Shown: one piece after another, positions 54,697 through 64,000 of the stretch
How positions within the stretch are numbered: position 1 is the first letter of the stretch
Layout of the letters: every line of letters begins with the position of its first letter
Assembly (NCBI GenBank): GCA_002787355.1
Contig: PCWN01000007.1
Span: forward strand, 86,517 to 150,516
Length of the DNA: 64,000 bases
Source: Candidatus Magasanikbacteria bacterium CG11_big_fil_rev_8_21_14_0_20_39_34
Lineage (GTDB): Bacteria; Patescibacteriota; Patescibacteriia; Magasanikbacterales; UBA922
Reading direction: 5' to 3'
Notes under the pieces: model-generated
The model's database searches: none
Seen by the model: the letters and a program-made list of their open reading frames with translations, nothing else
Told to the model about the DNA's origin: nothing
Translations under genes and position numbers: made by a program

Positions 54697-54730
54697 TGGA
54701 CGTTCTATTTATGTTTTTTAATCGTAGTTC

Positions 54731-55081
54731 ATGTATCCACTTAAACTCTATTTCAAGAATTCCTTAAATATTGTTTTTCTTTCTTTAGCACTTTTGATGA
54801 ACATATCTTTATGGGTATGGCTCTTTTTGGATATTGGGCCAAGGGAAGAACAAATTTTTTTACACTATAATATACTGTACGGAGTAGACCTGATTGGGAC
54901 CTGGGGAAAGGTACTCTATCTTCCGATTATTGGTTTATGTATCCTTATTATCAATGCCTTTTTGGGTTGGCTTTTATTTGAAAGAAGTAAAGTGCCTGCA
55001 TATCTTTTGTCCTTATCTTCAGTAGTTTGCCATATATTTTTGTTGTTGGCAGCATACTTGCTTGTTTTCCTCAACGTATAG
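54731..55081 (+). CDS. hypothetical membrane protein
   Basis: 116 aa, 3-4 TM. Confidence 0.35.
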   Translation: MYPLKLYFKNSLNIVFLSLALLMNISLWVWLFLDIGPREEQIFLHYNILYGVDLIGTWGKVLYLPIIGLCILIINAFLGWLLFERSKVPAYLLSLSSVVCHIFLLLAAYLLVFLNV

Positions 55082-55089
55082 AAAACTTT

Positions 55090-56199
55090 ATGACAAATTC
55101 AAAACAACATAAGGCGGATCATATTTTACTTCTGTATTTTGTTATCCTTTTGGTTGTTGGGCTTATTCTTTTGACTTCAGCTGGTTCTGCCATTGGTTTT
55201 GCAAGGTTTGGCGATAATTACTTTTTCATAAAACGACAACTTCTCTACGGTGTATTGCCAGGACTTGTTGCCTTTTTTACACTCAGTAAAATTGAGTATA
55301 CGTATTTTCGGAAAGTCATGTGGGTCATCTTTGGTCTCATGGTACTCAGTTTGTTACTTGTTTTTATACCTGGATTGGGTGCCAACTTTAGTAAAGGTGC
55401 AAAAAGTTGGCTCCAAGTTGGATCAATTTCACTTCAGCCTTCAGAATTTGCAAAATTGGGATTGATACTTTTTATGTCAGCCTTTTTAGAAAAGCAGGGG
55501 AGGAAAATAGAAAATTTTACACATGGTTTTTTAGTTTCCTTGGGAATTGGAATGGTACCTATTGTACTCATCGTACTGCAACCGGATGTAGGAACCGTTT
55601 TTATTATCTTCTCGATTTTATTTGGTTTGCTTTATGTTGGGGGGGCGAAAATTTCCCATATGGTTGCTTTGGCAGCGGCTGGAGTAGGTGGGTTTATAAC
55701 TATGATACTGATAGCTCCATATCGTGCTGCTCGTCTTACCACTTTTTTGCATCCGGAACTTGACCCTTTGGGAATTGGTTATCATATGAATCAGGCGCTT
55801 CTTGCCGTGGGGTCTGGTGGGCTTTTTGGTTTGGGACTTGGACAGTCAAGACAAAAATTTCAATATCTTCCAGAGGTTCATGCAGATAGTATTTTTGCAA
55901 TTTTTGCAGAAGAAATGGGTTTTATATTTGCGGTAGCCTTTTTGGTACTTCTGTGTGTTATTTGTTTTCGAGGTCTTATGATTGCCAAACATGCCAAGGA
56001 TGATTATGGAAAATTGGTAGTGGCAGGTATCGTGATATGGTTTATGGTACAATCATTGTTGAATATTGGAGCCATGGTAAATCTTCTGCCACTTACGGGT
56101 GTGCCACTTCCGTTTGTCAGCCACGGAGGGACAGCGCTTATGATGGGGATGGGAGCTTTAGGTATTATTATGAATATTAGTAAATATACTCATAAGTAG
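55090..56199 (+). CDS. ftsW: SEDS-family peptidoglycan polymerase FtsW/RodA
   Basis: 10 TM, GLGANFSKGAKSWLQVGS, QPSEFAKL and PLPFVSHGGTA SEDS blocks; ATG 55090. Confidence 0.85.
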   Translation: MTNSKQHKADHILLLYFVILLVVGLILLTSAGSAIGFARFGDNYFFIKRQLLYGVLPGLVAFFTLSKIEYTYFRKVMWVIFGLMVLSLLLVFIPGLGANFSKGAKSWLQVGSISLQPSEFAKLGLILFMSAFLEKQGRKIENFTHGFLVSLGIGMVPIVLIVLQPDVGTVFIIFSILFGLLYVGGAKISHMVALAAAGVGGFITMILIAPYRAARLTTFLHPELDPLGIGYHMNQALLAVGSGGLFGLGLGQSRQKFQYLPEVHADSIFAIFAEEMGFIFAVAFLVLLCVICFRGLMIAKHAKDDYGKLVVAGIVIWFMVQSLLNIGAMVNLLPLTGVPLPFVSHGGTALMMGMGALGIIMNISKYTHK

Positions 56200-56210
56200 C
56201 TTTATATATT

Positions 56211-56795
56211 ATGATCCCAAATCTAAAAAAACGACCAATTTTCCCCATTCTCAACTTTATTGTAAATATCTTTCTTTTTGTTATGGTAATTTGTTTATTA
56301 CAGGAAGTATCAACATTAAATGATCTTATTTCACAGAATTCATTATTTGATTCTCAATCTTTAAACAAGACTTTGCACAAAGATACGGGTGAGAATAGTT
56401 TTACTTCCAAAGAGGGGGATTTTCATTTCATTGTTCCAGATGGGTATAAGGTAACTGGTTCTGAAGGCGAATATTTGGTTATCCATCAAGATGCAGAACA
56501 ATATAGTATGATTCCAGAGATGAGCATACACAAATATGAAATTTCAAGGGAAGAATACTTGACTGGTATAAAAAAGATTCATAACAATGTAGTGGTTGAA
56601 AAATTTATAACGGGTAAAGACACAATTGGATGGAAAATAGTATATACCTATAAATACCCTGGTATGGAAATTGAAGCATATGCCACAGTCTATATTTTTG
56701 AGAAGGATGGACAAGTTATCGAACTTTCTACATGGGAAAATTTACAATGGGATTATTTTGATAGTGTGGCAGAGTCCTTCACTTTAATAAAGTAG
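56211..56795 (+). CDS. hypothetical membrane-anchored protein inserted between ftsW and murG
   Basis: 194 aa, one N-terminal TM then a soluble domain; no family. Confidence 0.4.
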   Translation: MIPNLKKRPIFPILNFIVNIFLFVMVICLLQEVSTLNDLISQNSLFDSQSLNKTLHKDTGENSFTSKEGDFHFIVPDGYKVTGSEGEYLVIHQDAEQYSMIPEMSIHKYEISREEYLTGIKKIHNNVVVEKFITGKDTIGWKIVYTYKYPGMEIEAYATVYIFEKDGQVIELSTWENLQWDYFDSVAESFTLIK

Positions 56796-56800
56796 AAGAT

Positions 56801-57874
56801 ATGAAAATATTACTTTCTGGGGGAGGAACACTCGGTCCTGTAACACCACTCCTTGCTATTGCAGATATTGTATTGGAACATACCCCAGATGCGCAGTTTG
56901 TGTTTGTTGGAACAAAAGGTGGACCCGAGAGGGATATTGTTCAAGAAAAAGGAATCCCTTTTTATTCAATTACCTCAGGAAAGCTACGGAGGTATTTTTC
57001 TTTACTCAATTTTATAGATCTCTTTAAATTTTTAAAGGGATTTTTGGATTCCATAAAAATTATTTGGCTTGAAAAACCAGATCTTTGCATATCCGCCGGT
57101 GGATATAATTCTGTACCATTGCATATTGTTTCTTGGTTTTTTGGAATTCCCACATGGATTCACCAACAAGATCTACGGGTGGGACTTTCCAATAAAATTA
57201 TGGCCCCTTTTTCCAAGTGCATTACGGTTGCTTTGCAGGAGAATGTAAAGAAATTTTCCAACCGGAAAACGATTCTTTTGGGGAATCCAGTTCGGCAAGA
57301 TATTTTAAATGGAGATAAATCTTTAGCGAGAAAACGATTTGGATTGAAAAACAATATGCCAGTTGTTTTTTGTATGGGAGGGGGAACGGGCTCTCAACGT
57401 ATAAATGAAATAATTCTTCAAGCACTTCCACATCTTCAGGATTCTGTACAGATAGTGCACGTTGTTGGAAAAGACAGGGGTGTACAAATTGCAAAAAAAG
57501 CAAGCACCATTTATAAAAATTATCATCCCTATGCACTCTTTACCAGTGAAATGAAAGATGCTTATGCTGTGAGCGATATCATTATAAGTAGAGGAGGATT
57601 TGGGAGCCTTACAGAAATTGCTGCCGTTAAAAAGCCAGCAATTATTATTCCCAAGTCCGGACACCAGGTAGAAAATGTGGCCTTTTTGGCGGAGAGGAAA
57701 GCCGTTTTACTCTGTAATGAGGATGCTTTGGATGGAAATATTTTAAGTGGGCGGATCAAAAATCTTTTACTTTCGCCAGATGAGGGGAAAAGAATGGTTG
57801 AAAATCTAGAAAAAAATTTTCGTATTGCCAATACCTTTGAAGTTGAATTGATCGTAAATAGATTAACTCGATAA
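56801..57874 (+). CDS. murG: UDP-N-acetylglucosamine--N-acetylmuramyl-(pentapeptide) pyrophosphoryl-undecaprenol GlcNAc transferase
   Basis: ILLSGGGTLGPVTPLLAI N-terminus, GT-B fold (GT28), C-terminal SRGGFGSLTEIAAVKKPAIIIP. Confidence 0.85.
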   Translation: MKILLSGGGTLGPVTPLLAIADIVLEHTPDAQFVFVGTKGGPERDIVQEKGIPFYSITSGKLRRYFSLLNFIDLFKFLKGFLDSIKIIWLEKPDLCISAGGYNSVPLHIVSWFFGIPTWIHQQDLRVGLSNKIMAPFSKCITVALQENVKKFSNRKTILLGNPVRQDILNGDKSLARKRFGLKNNMPVVFCMGGGTGSQRINEIILQALPHLQDSVQIVHVVGKDRGVQIAKKASTIYKNYHPYALFTSEMKDAYAVSDIIISRGGFGSLTEIAAVKKPAIIIPKSGHQVENVAFLAERKAVLLCNEDALDGNILSGRIKNLLLSPDEGKRMVENLEKNFRIANTFEVELIVNRLTR

Positions 57875-57877
57875 ATA

Positions 57878-57912
57878 AAAAAGCACCGATGTTTAGTCAG
57901 TGCTTTTTTTAG
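57878..57912 (+). terminator. rho-independent terminator after murG
   Basis: AAGCAC-CGATGTTTAGTCA-GTGCTT then T7. Confidence 0.65.
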
Positions 57913-58141
57913 TCGTTATAGGATCCAGTTACACCGAGTACAGTCGTGCCTCTGTTGATATCCTACCTCATCCTGTACTCGAGTGAACCAGAATGCGAAA
58001 GAGCTATACGGTCTAGCATAAATTGGTTTTAAAAATTACTCTTTCTACTTCTACAGTAGCATGAAGTATGAAAAGAAGTCAAGAAAAAATACATAAGAAA
58101 ATGGAGCTAAATTAAGCTGTTGAGATTGAAGTTATGCACAG

Positions 58142-58615
58142 GTGTATATAGGCCTTGATTTTTTTGAAAAAATGTGCTACAATTACCGTGATATGTTTAG
58201 TATTAAAGCAAAAAATTTACGGGTACTCACCTTTCTGGTATTGGCTTCTTTGCTGTTTTTCTGTAAAGGGGCGTCTTTGAATATGGCTTTTGGATCACTT
58301 GCACCGTTTGGCTCACACTCCATGCATTCTATGAGTCATTCAACAGATACCCAGGAAGGAATGGACTGTTGCGGTGTCGTTGGAAGTAACTATAATATAG
58401 ATTTTGTTTCTCCAGCAGCTTTGTCTGTATTAGCTTCAGTCGTACTCCTTGGGATTGTTTTTATTGCTCTTGTAAGAATATTTTTTGAAAATGGCTATGC
58501 GGAAATTTTGAAGGTTAAATTGAGATCTCGGTCGGTGTTGTTTGGACAGGGGATACTTCCAAAGTATATAGCTTTACTGTTTCAGAGAGGAATTTTGCAT
58601 CCAAAAACATACTAG
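58142..58615 (+). CDS. membrane-anchored His/Met-rich putative metal-binding protein
   Basis: HSMHSMSHS plus MDCCG cluster between two TM helices; immediately upstream of the MFP/HME-RND efflux genes. Possible start 58196. Confidence 0.45.
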   Translation: MYIGLDFFEKMCYNYRDMFSIKAKNLRVLTFLVLASLLFFCKGASLNMAFGSLAPFGSHSMHSMSHSTDTQEGMDCCGVVGSNYNIDFVSPAALSVLASVVLLGIVFIALVRIFFENGYAEILKVKLRSRSVLFGQGILPKYIALLFQRGILHPKTY

Positions 58616-58624
58616 TTTGATATA

Positions 58625-58672
58625 AACTCCGTTTTTTCGTACATGAATTGTATGGATACGGAGTTTTTTTGT
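58625..58672 (+). terminator. terminator/attenuator-like hairpin between metal-binding gene and efflux genes
   Basis: AAACTCCGT-(24 nt)-ACGGAGTTT followed by T7. Confidence 0.45.
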
Positions 58673-58694
58673 ATCATATTTAAATCAAACTCGT

Positions 58695-60605
58695 ATGAAA
58701 AAAATGAATTTTATAGCAGATATACACCAAAAGCGAATAAAGGAGATTCTTCTTACAAAAAAATATGTAATTGGAGGTATTATATGCGTCCTTCTGATAG
58801 GTGGAGTATCCTTTGGAAAGGTTTCCGGTGTATCTAAAGAAAATGAAAATACGGATATTCAAACTCCCCAAAAAACAGCATATAACTTCATATATCCAGA
58901 AAAGATTCATGATGAAGAGATTCAGCTCATTGGTCGTGTTTTGTCGCACGAAACAGCAAGTGTATTTCCAAGAAGATCTGGTATTGTAGGTGATATTTTA
59001 GCTGACATTGGTGACTCGGTAAAAAAAGGTGATGTTTTGGCCTATCTTCTTCCAGAAGGTGTGGAAAATGAATCATCTTTGGAGGTAGAGACACAAAGAA
59101 ATGCCATGCAAAAAGCAAAGGATGAATATGAAAATACGCAGCTTTTAGAACAGGCTGGTATTGATAGAATGGAACAAAAAGTTGAAGAAAAATTTGTGAA
59201 TTTAAGAACAATAAAAAACGACAACTATAGTTCTCAGGATAATGGACTGCGTATGGAGAATGAAGAAATTAATCTTGCAGAAGCAAAATTATCTGTTTTG
59301 GAAACTCAATTGAATAAAGCAGAGAATAATCGTGATGCAAAGTTGCAAGAAAGTAAAAACTCTATAGAAAATGCACAGGATACGGTATATGTTGCCCTAC
59401 AGCATACATATCAGACCGCTCTTGATGTGATGGGGGGTGGAAGTGGCCGATTTGATGAAGGAAGTAATCGTGTAATATCTGAGAATGATCTTAACCCAAG
59501 TTTGGGTATACTTGACGTAAATGTGAGAAATGAAGTGGTAGCAAATTTTAATAACTATCGAAAAGCTTTATACGTCTACGGGATAACCACTGATGAAGAT
59601 TATTTTACTGCCATAGAGGGTGGAAAAGAACTTCTCATGACATTGCAGAGACTTATTGATGCCTCTTCGTCAAGTGGAAAACTTTCTTCATCTATGATAA
59701 ATGATCTTTCCAATAAGATCCATCTCAGTCAAGATAAAATTGATAGTGCAAGTGAAAAGCTACAAAAGGCCAAGGACAGCTATACGGTTATACAAGCAGA
59801 TGTAGTTGATGCAGTTTCTATTCTTAAAAGACAATGGGAGGAGCAAAAACAAAATATTGCACTATTACAAAGTAAGTGGCAAAAAAGTAAAAGTCAGGTT
59901 GAATCACAAATTTCTCTTACTGAATCAGGCATTGAACAAATGCAAAAGGAACTTGAGTATACTCGTGCTATGGCGCAAAAAAATATTGATGCAGCAAAGA
60001 ATCAGTATAATATTGCCAATACGGCATATCTAAAAGTTGCAGCACAAAAGGGTCATACAGCACTTATTTCTCCATTTTCTGGTATTGTATCAAAACGAAG
60101 TATTGAGGTTGGACAAAATATTATGATGTCTCAATCTGCATTTGAATTGGTAGATGTAGATACGAGCCTATCCCAGAAAGCAAAGAATGAAATTCAATTT
60201 GGTCTTCCAGAGGATCTCCAAACTATTTTATCTCTTGATGATGAAATTACTTTCTTTTTGCCAGAACAGGAGACAAAGTTATATAGAGCACGGGTAACAA
60301 GAATCAGTCCACAAGTTGATTCGGAACTTCATACCTTTACGGTACAGGCTAAGTTATTGGATGATATTTCGTTGCCACACCACACAAGTGTCCAGGTAAA
60401 AATTTCAACAGGAGAAAAGAAAAGTTATAGAGTTGATTCTTCTGTACTCAAACGTGAAAACAATCAAAATTATGTATGGATACTTAAAACAGACGAACCG
60501 GAGCGTTTGTACGTAGATGTTATAGAAGAAGATGGAGAGTTTGCAGAAATCACAGGAGATATCAATGAGCAAACAAAGATTGTTCTTAACTATTATGGAA
60601 AATAG
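58695..60605 (+). CDS. efflux RND periplasmic adaptor (membrane fusion protein, HlyD family) with unusually long coiled-coil
   Basis: N-terminal TM, biotinyl-lipoyl-like GDILADIGDSVKKGDVLAYL, about 300 aa of coiled coil, C-terminal beta-barrel ALISPFSGIVSKRSIEVGQNI. Confidence 0.75.
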   Translation: MKKMNFIADIHQKRIKEILLTKKYVIGGIICVLLIGGVSFGKVSGVSKENENTDIQTPQKTAYNFIYPEKIHDEEIQLIGRVLSHETASVFPRRSGIVGDILADIGDSVKKGDVLAYLLPEGVENESSLEVETQRNAMQKAKDEYENTQLLEQAGIDRMEQKVEEKFVNLRTIKNDNYSSQDNGLRMENEEINLAEAKLSVLETQLNKAENNRDAKLQESKNSIENAQDTVYVALQHTYQTALDVMGGGSGRFDEGSNRVISENDLNPSLGILDVNVRNEVVANFNNYRKALYVYGITTDEDYFTAIEGGKELLMTLQRLIDASSSSGKLSSSMINDLSNKIHLSQDKIDSASEKLQKAKDSYTVIQADVVDAVSILKRQWEEQKQNIALLQSKWQKSKSQVESQISLTESGIEQMQKELEYTRAMAQKNIDAAKNQYNIANTAYLKVAAQKGHTALISPFSGIVSKRSIEVGQNIMMSQSAFELVDVDTSLSQKAKNEIQFGLPEDLQTILSLDDEITFFLPEQETKLYRARVTRISPQVDSELHTFTVQAKLLDDISLPHHTSVQVKISTGEKKSYRVDSSVLKRENNQNYVWILKTDEPERLYVDVIEEDGEFAEITGDINEQTKIVLNYYGK

Positions 60606-60606
60606 T

Positions 60607-63600
60607 ATGATAAATAAACTTATCAGATGGTCTTTCCATAATCGGTTCATTACCATACTCCTTTTTGTGGTTATTACAGGACTTGGTATTTGGGTTTTGT
60701 ATAAAACACCTATTGATGCGCTTCCGGATCTCTCAGAAAATCAAGTTATTATTATGACTGAGTGGTCTGGACAAAGTCCTCAAAATATTGAGGATCAGGT
60801 GACATATCCACTTACGGTAGCAATGCAGGGGCTTGCCGGTGTAAAAGATATCCGAGCAATGTCACAACTTGGAGTTTCAATGGTTACGGTTATTTTCAAT
60901 GATGATGTTGATCTCTATTTTGCAAGAGATAGAGTATCGGAAAGATTAAATACCGTAAGAAAAATTCTTCCGTCCAGTGTTATGCCGATACTTGGTCCAG
61001 ATGCAACAGGACTGGGGCAAATATTTATGTATACCTTAGAAAGTAAGGATCTTTCTTTGACTCAATTACGTTCACTTCAGGATTTTCAAGTGCAATATGC
61101 ACTGCAGAGTGTGGATGGAGTGGCAGAGGTTGCATCAGTTGGTGGATATGTAAAAACGTATCAAGTTGTTCTTGATCCTATAAAGTTGGATCAATATTCA
61201 CTAAAAATTCAAGACGTTATTTCTCAAATTCAAATGGGAAATAATAATGTATCAGGAAAAGTAGTGGACACAGGAGAGAGAGAAATATCCGTTCAGGGGA
61301 TTGGTTTTTTTCAGAATAAACAAGATATTGCAAGCCTGGTAGTAAAAGTTAAGGGTGATGGTACGGCGCTTACTATAGAGGATATTGGTGATGTACGTGA
61401 ATCAGGATCTTTTCGTAGGTCTATTCTTGCAGATGATACATCTGAAAAAATTGGTGGGGTGATTGTCATGCGTTATGGAGGTAATCCGCTAGAAGTGATA
61501 AAGAGAGTAAAAGAAAAAATAGCAGAGCTTGAAAAATCGTTGCCACAAGGTGTAAAAATTGTTCCCTTTTATGATAGAACAAAATTGATTGAATCTGCCG
61601 TAGAAACTATGCAAGGCGTTCTTGTACAAGAATTAATTATCACAGCATTCATTCTTGCGCTTTTTCTAATGAGCTTTGGGGCAACAATTATAACGGCTAT
61701 TTCTCTTGTTATTGGAGTCTTGATTGCCTTTATCATAATGTATTTTGGTAAAATTCCATCAAATATTATGAGTTTGGGAGGAATCGCAATTGCTGTTGGA
61801 ACAATGGTAGATTCGGCAATTGTTATCATTGAAAACATATACAGAAAGTTATTGGAAAGCAATGTAAAAACACAAAAAGAAAGATTGGAAAAAATACTTG
61901 AGGCTACTCTTGAAGTTGGAAAACCTATTGTTTTTGCAATATTTATCATTATTCTTTCATTTATCCCGATTTTTAGTTTGGAAGGAATGGAAGGAAAACT
62001 CTTTTCACCACTTGCATATACGAATATGTTTGCAATGCTTGGTGCATTAATAACGGCACTGTTTTTAGTTCCGGCATTAGCTGTTTTCTTTCTCAAGGGG
62101 CGTTTAAGAAATGATGAGGAAATACGTATTGTACATTTCTGCAAAAAAATATACGAACCAATTCTCAAAAAGGCGCTTGAATATCGAAAAATGACCATTC
62201 TCTTGATGGTTGGTCTCCTGGGAATAGGTGGAATTATTATGACTCAAATTGGAAGTGAGTTTATGCCACCACTTGATGAAGGGGCTATTATGTACATGCC
62301 CATGACGGTTCCTAATGTTTCAGAGCGTCGTGCACAAGAACTTTTATTGCAAACCAATGCAATTATTGCCCAAATTCCAGAAGTAGAAAATGTAGTTGGA
62401 AAGTCAGGACGCGCGAGTACGGCAACAGACCCAGCTCCTCTGTCTATGATTGAAACATTTATTACGCTCAAACCAAAGTCTGAATGGAGAAAGGGAATAA
62501 AGAAGGAAGATATCATAGTGGAACTCAATCGAAAAATTAAAATTGATAAACTTTGGAATGGATTCACACAGCCAATTATAGGTCGTGTGGACATGCTTTC
62601 TACTGGAATTCGTGCGCAGGTAGGAATAAAAATATTTGGAGATGATACGGCTAAACTTGAAGAAATTGCGGTTGAAGTTGAAAAATATATGAATCAAATC
62701 CCTGGTGCCTCTGGGGTCGCTGCAATTCGTACGAGTGGTCTAAAATATCTCAATATTGATCTGGATGAAGGAAGGCTAGCACAATTTGGAATACCAAAAA
62801 TGGATGCACTTACGTTAATTTCTTCAGGAGTAGGTGGAAACATAGTAAGTTATACCATTGAAGGTCGAGAAAGGTATGGAGTAGAAGTACGTCTTAAACA
62901 AGATTTTCGACAGGATACCGATGATATAAAGTCACTCCAGTTAACAGGAAAGGGAGGAAATAAAGTACCATTATCAAGTGTTGCAGATATTCGTTTGGAA
63001 AATGGACCGGCTACCATAAATAGTGAGGATGGACGTATTAGGAGTGCTGTTCAGATGAATGTTGTCGGAACAGATCTGGCTTCATTTGTTAAAGAGGGAC
63101 AAAAATTTCTTTCGCAAAATCTTGAGCTTCCCGAGGGATATTCTATCCAGTGGAGTGGACAATATGAAAATCAGCTTCGCGCAAAGAAGCGGTTATCCAT
63201 TATTGTTCCCATTGTAATCTTTATTATATTCCTTATCTTATACCTTACATACAAGGATTTTGGGCTGGTATCTATTGTGATGCTCTCGATTCCTATTTCT
63301 ATGGTGGGAGGAATTATATCACTCTACATTGCGCATTTTAATTTTTCGGTTGCTGTCTGGGTAGGATTCATTTCTCTATTTGGAAATGCCGTTGAGACGG
63401 GAGTTGTTATTGTGGTATATTTGGAAAATGCATATAGAAAGAAATTTGGTATGAGTCTCATAGATGATGATAAAGAGGAAAAAGATATATCAAAGCTCCC
63501 AATAACAAAGGAAGGAATCCATGAGGCTATTCTTGAAGGAGCTACTTTGAGGTTGAGGCCAGTCTTGATGACTGCATTTACATCAGTAATAGGGCTCTTT

Positions 63601-63756
63601 CCTATGCTTTATGCAGCTGGAGTTGGTGCGGAAGTTCAGAAACCCTTGGCTATCGTGGTTGTTGGTGGTCTGACAACATCTGTTATTCTTACACTTATTG
63701 TTATACCGGTACTTTTCAGTGGCCTCAGGGAAAGAAAAATTAAAAATAATTCATAA
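60607..63756 (+). CDS. heavy-metal efflux RND transporter (CusA/CzcA family)
   Basis: IDALPDLSENQVIIMTEWSGQSPQNIEDQVTYPLT and GPDATGLGQIFMYTL match the HME-RND N-terminal signature; 12 TM and two large periplasmic loops; ATG 60607. Confidence 0.9.
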   Translation: MINKLIRWSFHNRFITILLFVVITGLGIWVLYKTPIDALPDLSENQVIIMTEWSGQSPQNIEDQVTYPLTVAMQGLAGVKDIRAMSQLGVSMVTVIFNDDVDLYFARDRVSERLNTVRKILPSSVMPILGPDATGLGQIFMYTLESKDLSLTQLRSLQDFQVQYALQSVDGVAEVASVGGYVKTYQVVLDPIKLDQYSLKIQDVISQIQMGNNNVSGKVVDTGEREISVQGIGFFQNKQDIASLVVKVKGDGTALTIEDIGDVRESGSFRRSILADDTSEKIGGVIVMRYGGNPLEVIKRVKEKIAELEKSLPQGVKIVPFYDRTKLIESAVETMQGVLVQELIITAFILALFLMSFGATIITAISLVIGVLIAFIIMYFGKIPSNIMSLGGIAIAVGTMVDSAIVIIENIYRKLLESNVKTQKERLEKILEATLEVGKPIVFAIFIIILSFIPIFSLEGMEGKLFSPLAYTNMFAMLGALITALFLVPALAVFFLKGRLRNDEEIRIVHFCKKIYEPILKKALEYRKMTILLMVGLLGIGGIIMTQIGSEFMPPLDEGAIMYMPMTVPNVSERRAQELLLQTNAIIAQIPEVENVVGKSGRASTATDPAPLSMIETFITLKPKSEWRKGIKKEDIIVELNRKIKIDKLWNGFTQPIIGRVDMLSTGIRAQVGIKIFGDDTAKLEEIAVEVEKYMNQIPGASGVAAIRTSGLKYLNIDLDEGRLAQFGIPKMDALTLISSGVGGNIVSYTIEGRERYGVEVRLKQDFRQDTDDIKSLQLTGKGGNKVPLSSVADIRLENGPATINSEDGRIRSAVQMNVVGTDLASFVKEGQKFLSQNLELPEGYSIQWSGQYENQLRAKKRLSIIVPIVIFIIFLILYLTYKDFGLVSIVMLSIPISMVGGIISLYIAHFNFSVAVWVGFISLFGNAVETGVVIVVYLENAYRKKFGMSLIDDDKEEKDISKLPITKEGIHEAILEGATLRLRPVLMTAFTSVIGLFPMLYAAGVGAEVQKPLAIVVVGGLTTSVILTLIVIPVLFSGLRERKIKNNS

Positions 63757-63815
63757 TAAAATGCCTATGTAAAAATTTTATTTTTGTATAATCATTAATA
63801 TTATCAGTAAAAATA

Positions 63816-64000
63816 TGAAGAATAAAAAATTGTTATCACTTACTACTGTATCATTTTTAGGACTTCTCTTGTTCATGGGGGCAGGATGTTCAAAAGATCA
63901 ACCACTTACAGAAGAACAGCAGGCAAAAAAGTATAATGTGAGTTTAGAAGAATATCGTCAAATGAAGGATACTGCGGCGAGAATGAACATGACAGTTGAA
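63816..64000 (+). CDS. lipoprotein, 3'-truncated at window edge
   Basis: Signal peptide with lipobox LLFMGAGCS; preceded by the extended -10 TGTATAAT at about 63784. Confidence 0.5.

Noticed and set aside
54640-54700. Mini-ORF ATGTATATATATCTTGATATTTCGCTTTTTTTAG (11 codons) after an AGGAGGG SD at ~54646
   Set aside because: Too short and it overlaps a predicted promoter. Probably a fortuitous SD-ATG in AT-rich promoter DNA.
1-64000. CRISPR arrays, tRNA and rRNA genes
   Set aside because: No regularly spaced direct repeats and no tRNA-like GTTCGA T-loop/acceptor-CCA patterns were found in the intergenic gaps inspected (3798-4457, 5556-5910, 6781-7007, 57875-58141). Absence cannot be proven without a covariance-model scan.

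Overview
This is a low-GC (~35%), densely packed bacterial window with short intergenic gaps and many small hypothetical membrane proteins, consistent with a small-genome CPR/Patescibacteria-like (or similar) organism. No rRNA, tRNA or CRISPR array was found. Cell-envelope genes dominate the recognisable content: mraY, an Mpl/MurC-family ligase, murB, murA, ftsW, murG, an S41 C-terminal protease, and an hpf-secA-secD-secF block in which SecD carries an embedded parvulin PPIase domain. A dTDP-sugar/glycan locus follows (rfbB, an FdtA-like cupin, rfbD, four consecutive GT2 genes, plus a TIGR04283/DUF2064 glycosyltransferase pair and a GT-C-like membrane protein), and the window ends in a heavy-metal efflux module made of a His/Met-rich membrane protein, a long membrane-fusion protein and an HME-RND pump. 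A nucleotide house-cleaning set is scattered through the first 15 kb and beyond: three NUDIX paralogs, two VOC proteins, a MazG-like protein and RdgB/Ham1. The most unusual signal is two compact single-gene cassettes (about 14.65-15.08 kb on the minus strand and 43.73-44.70 kb on the plus strand). Their ORFs are strongly GC3-rich (about 60% GC, foreign codon usage), yet each is driven by an AT-rich sigma70-type promoter and closed by a rho-independent terminator. One encodes an 89-aa two-TM peptide, the other a 238-aa helical protein, and the second interrupts the glycan locus. Other points worth a second look: (1) a Bpt/Ate1-like aminoacyl-tRNA-protein transferase homolog lacking its Cys cluster, sitting inside the mraY-mpl operon; (2) an ATP-grasp ligase plus C40 (NlpC/P60)-like peptidase gene pair beside murB; (3) a 784-aa fusion of an FAD-dependent oxidoreductase, a NapH/CcoG-like CxxxCP membrane domain and a 2x[4Fe-4S] ferredoxin domain; (4) a SET-domain methyltransferase; (5) an orphan LysW-like zinc-ribbon peptide; (6) long structured non-coding leaders before the asparaginase gene and the metal-efflux operon. 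All coordinates for promoters, terminators and hairpins are approximate (+/- a few nt) because they were read by eye.
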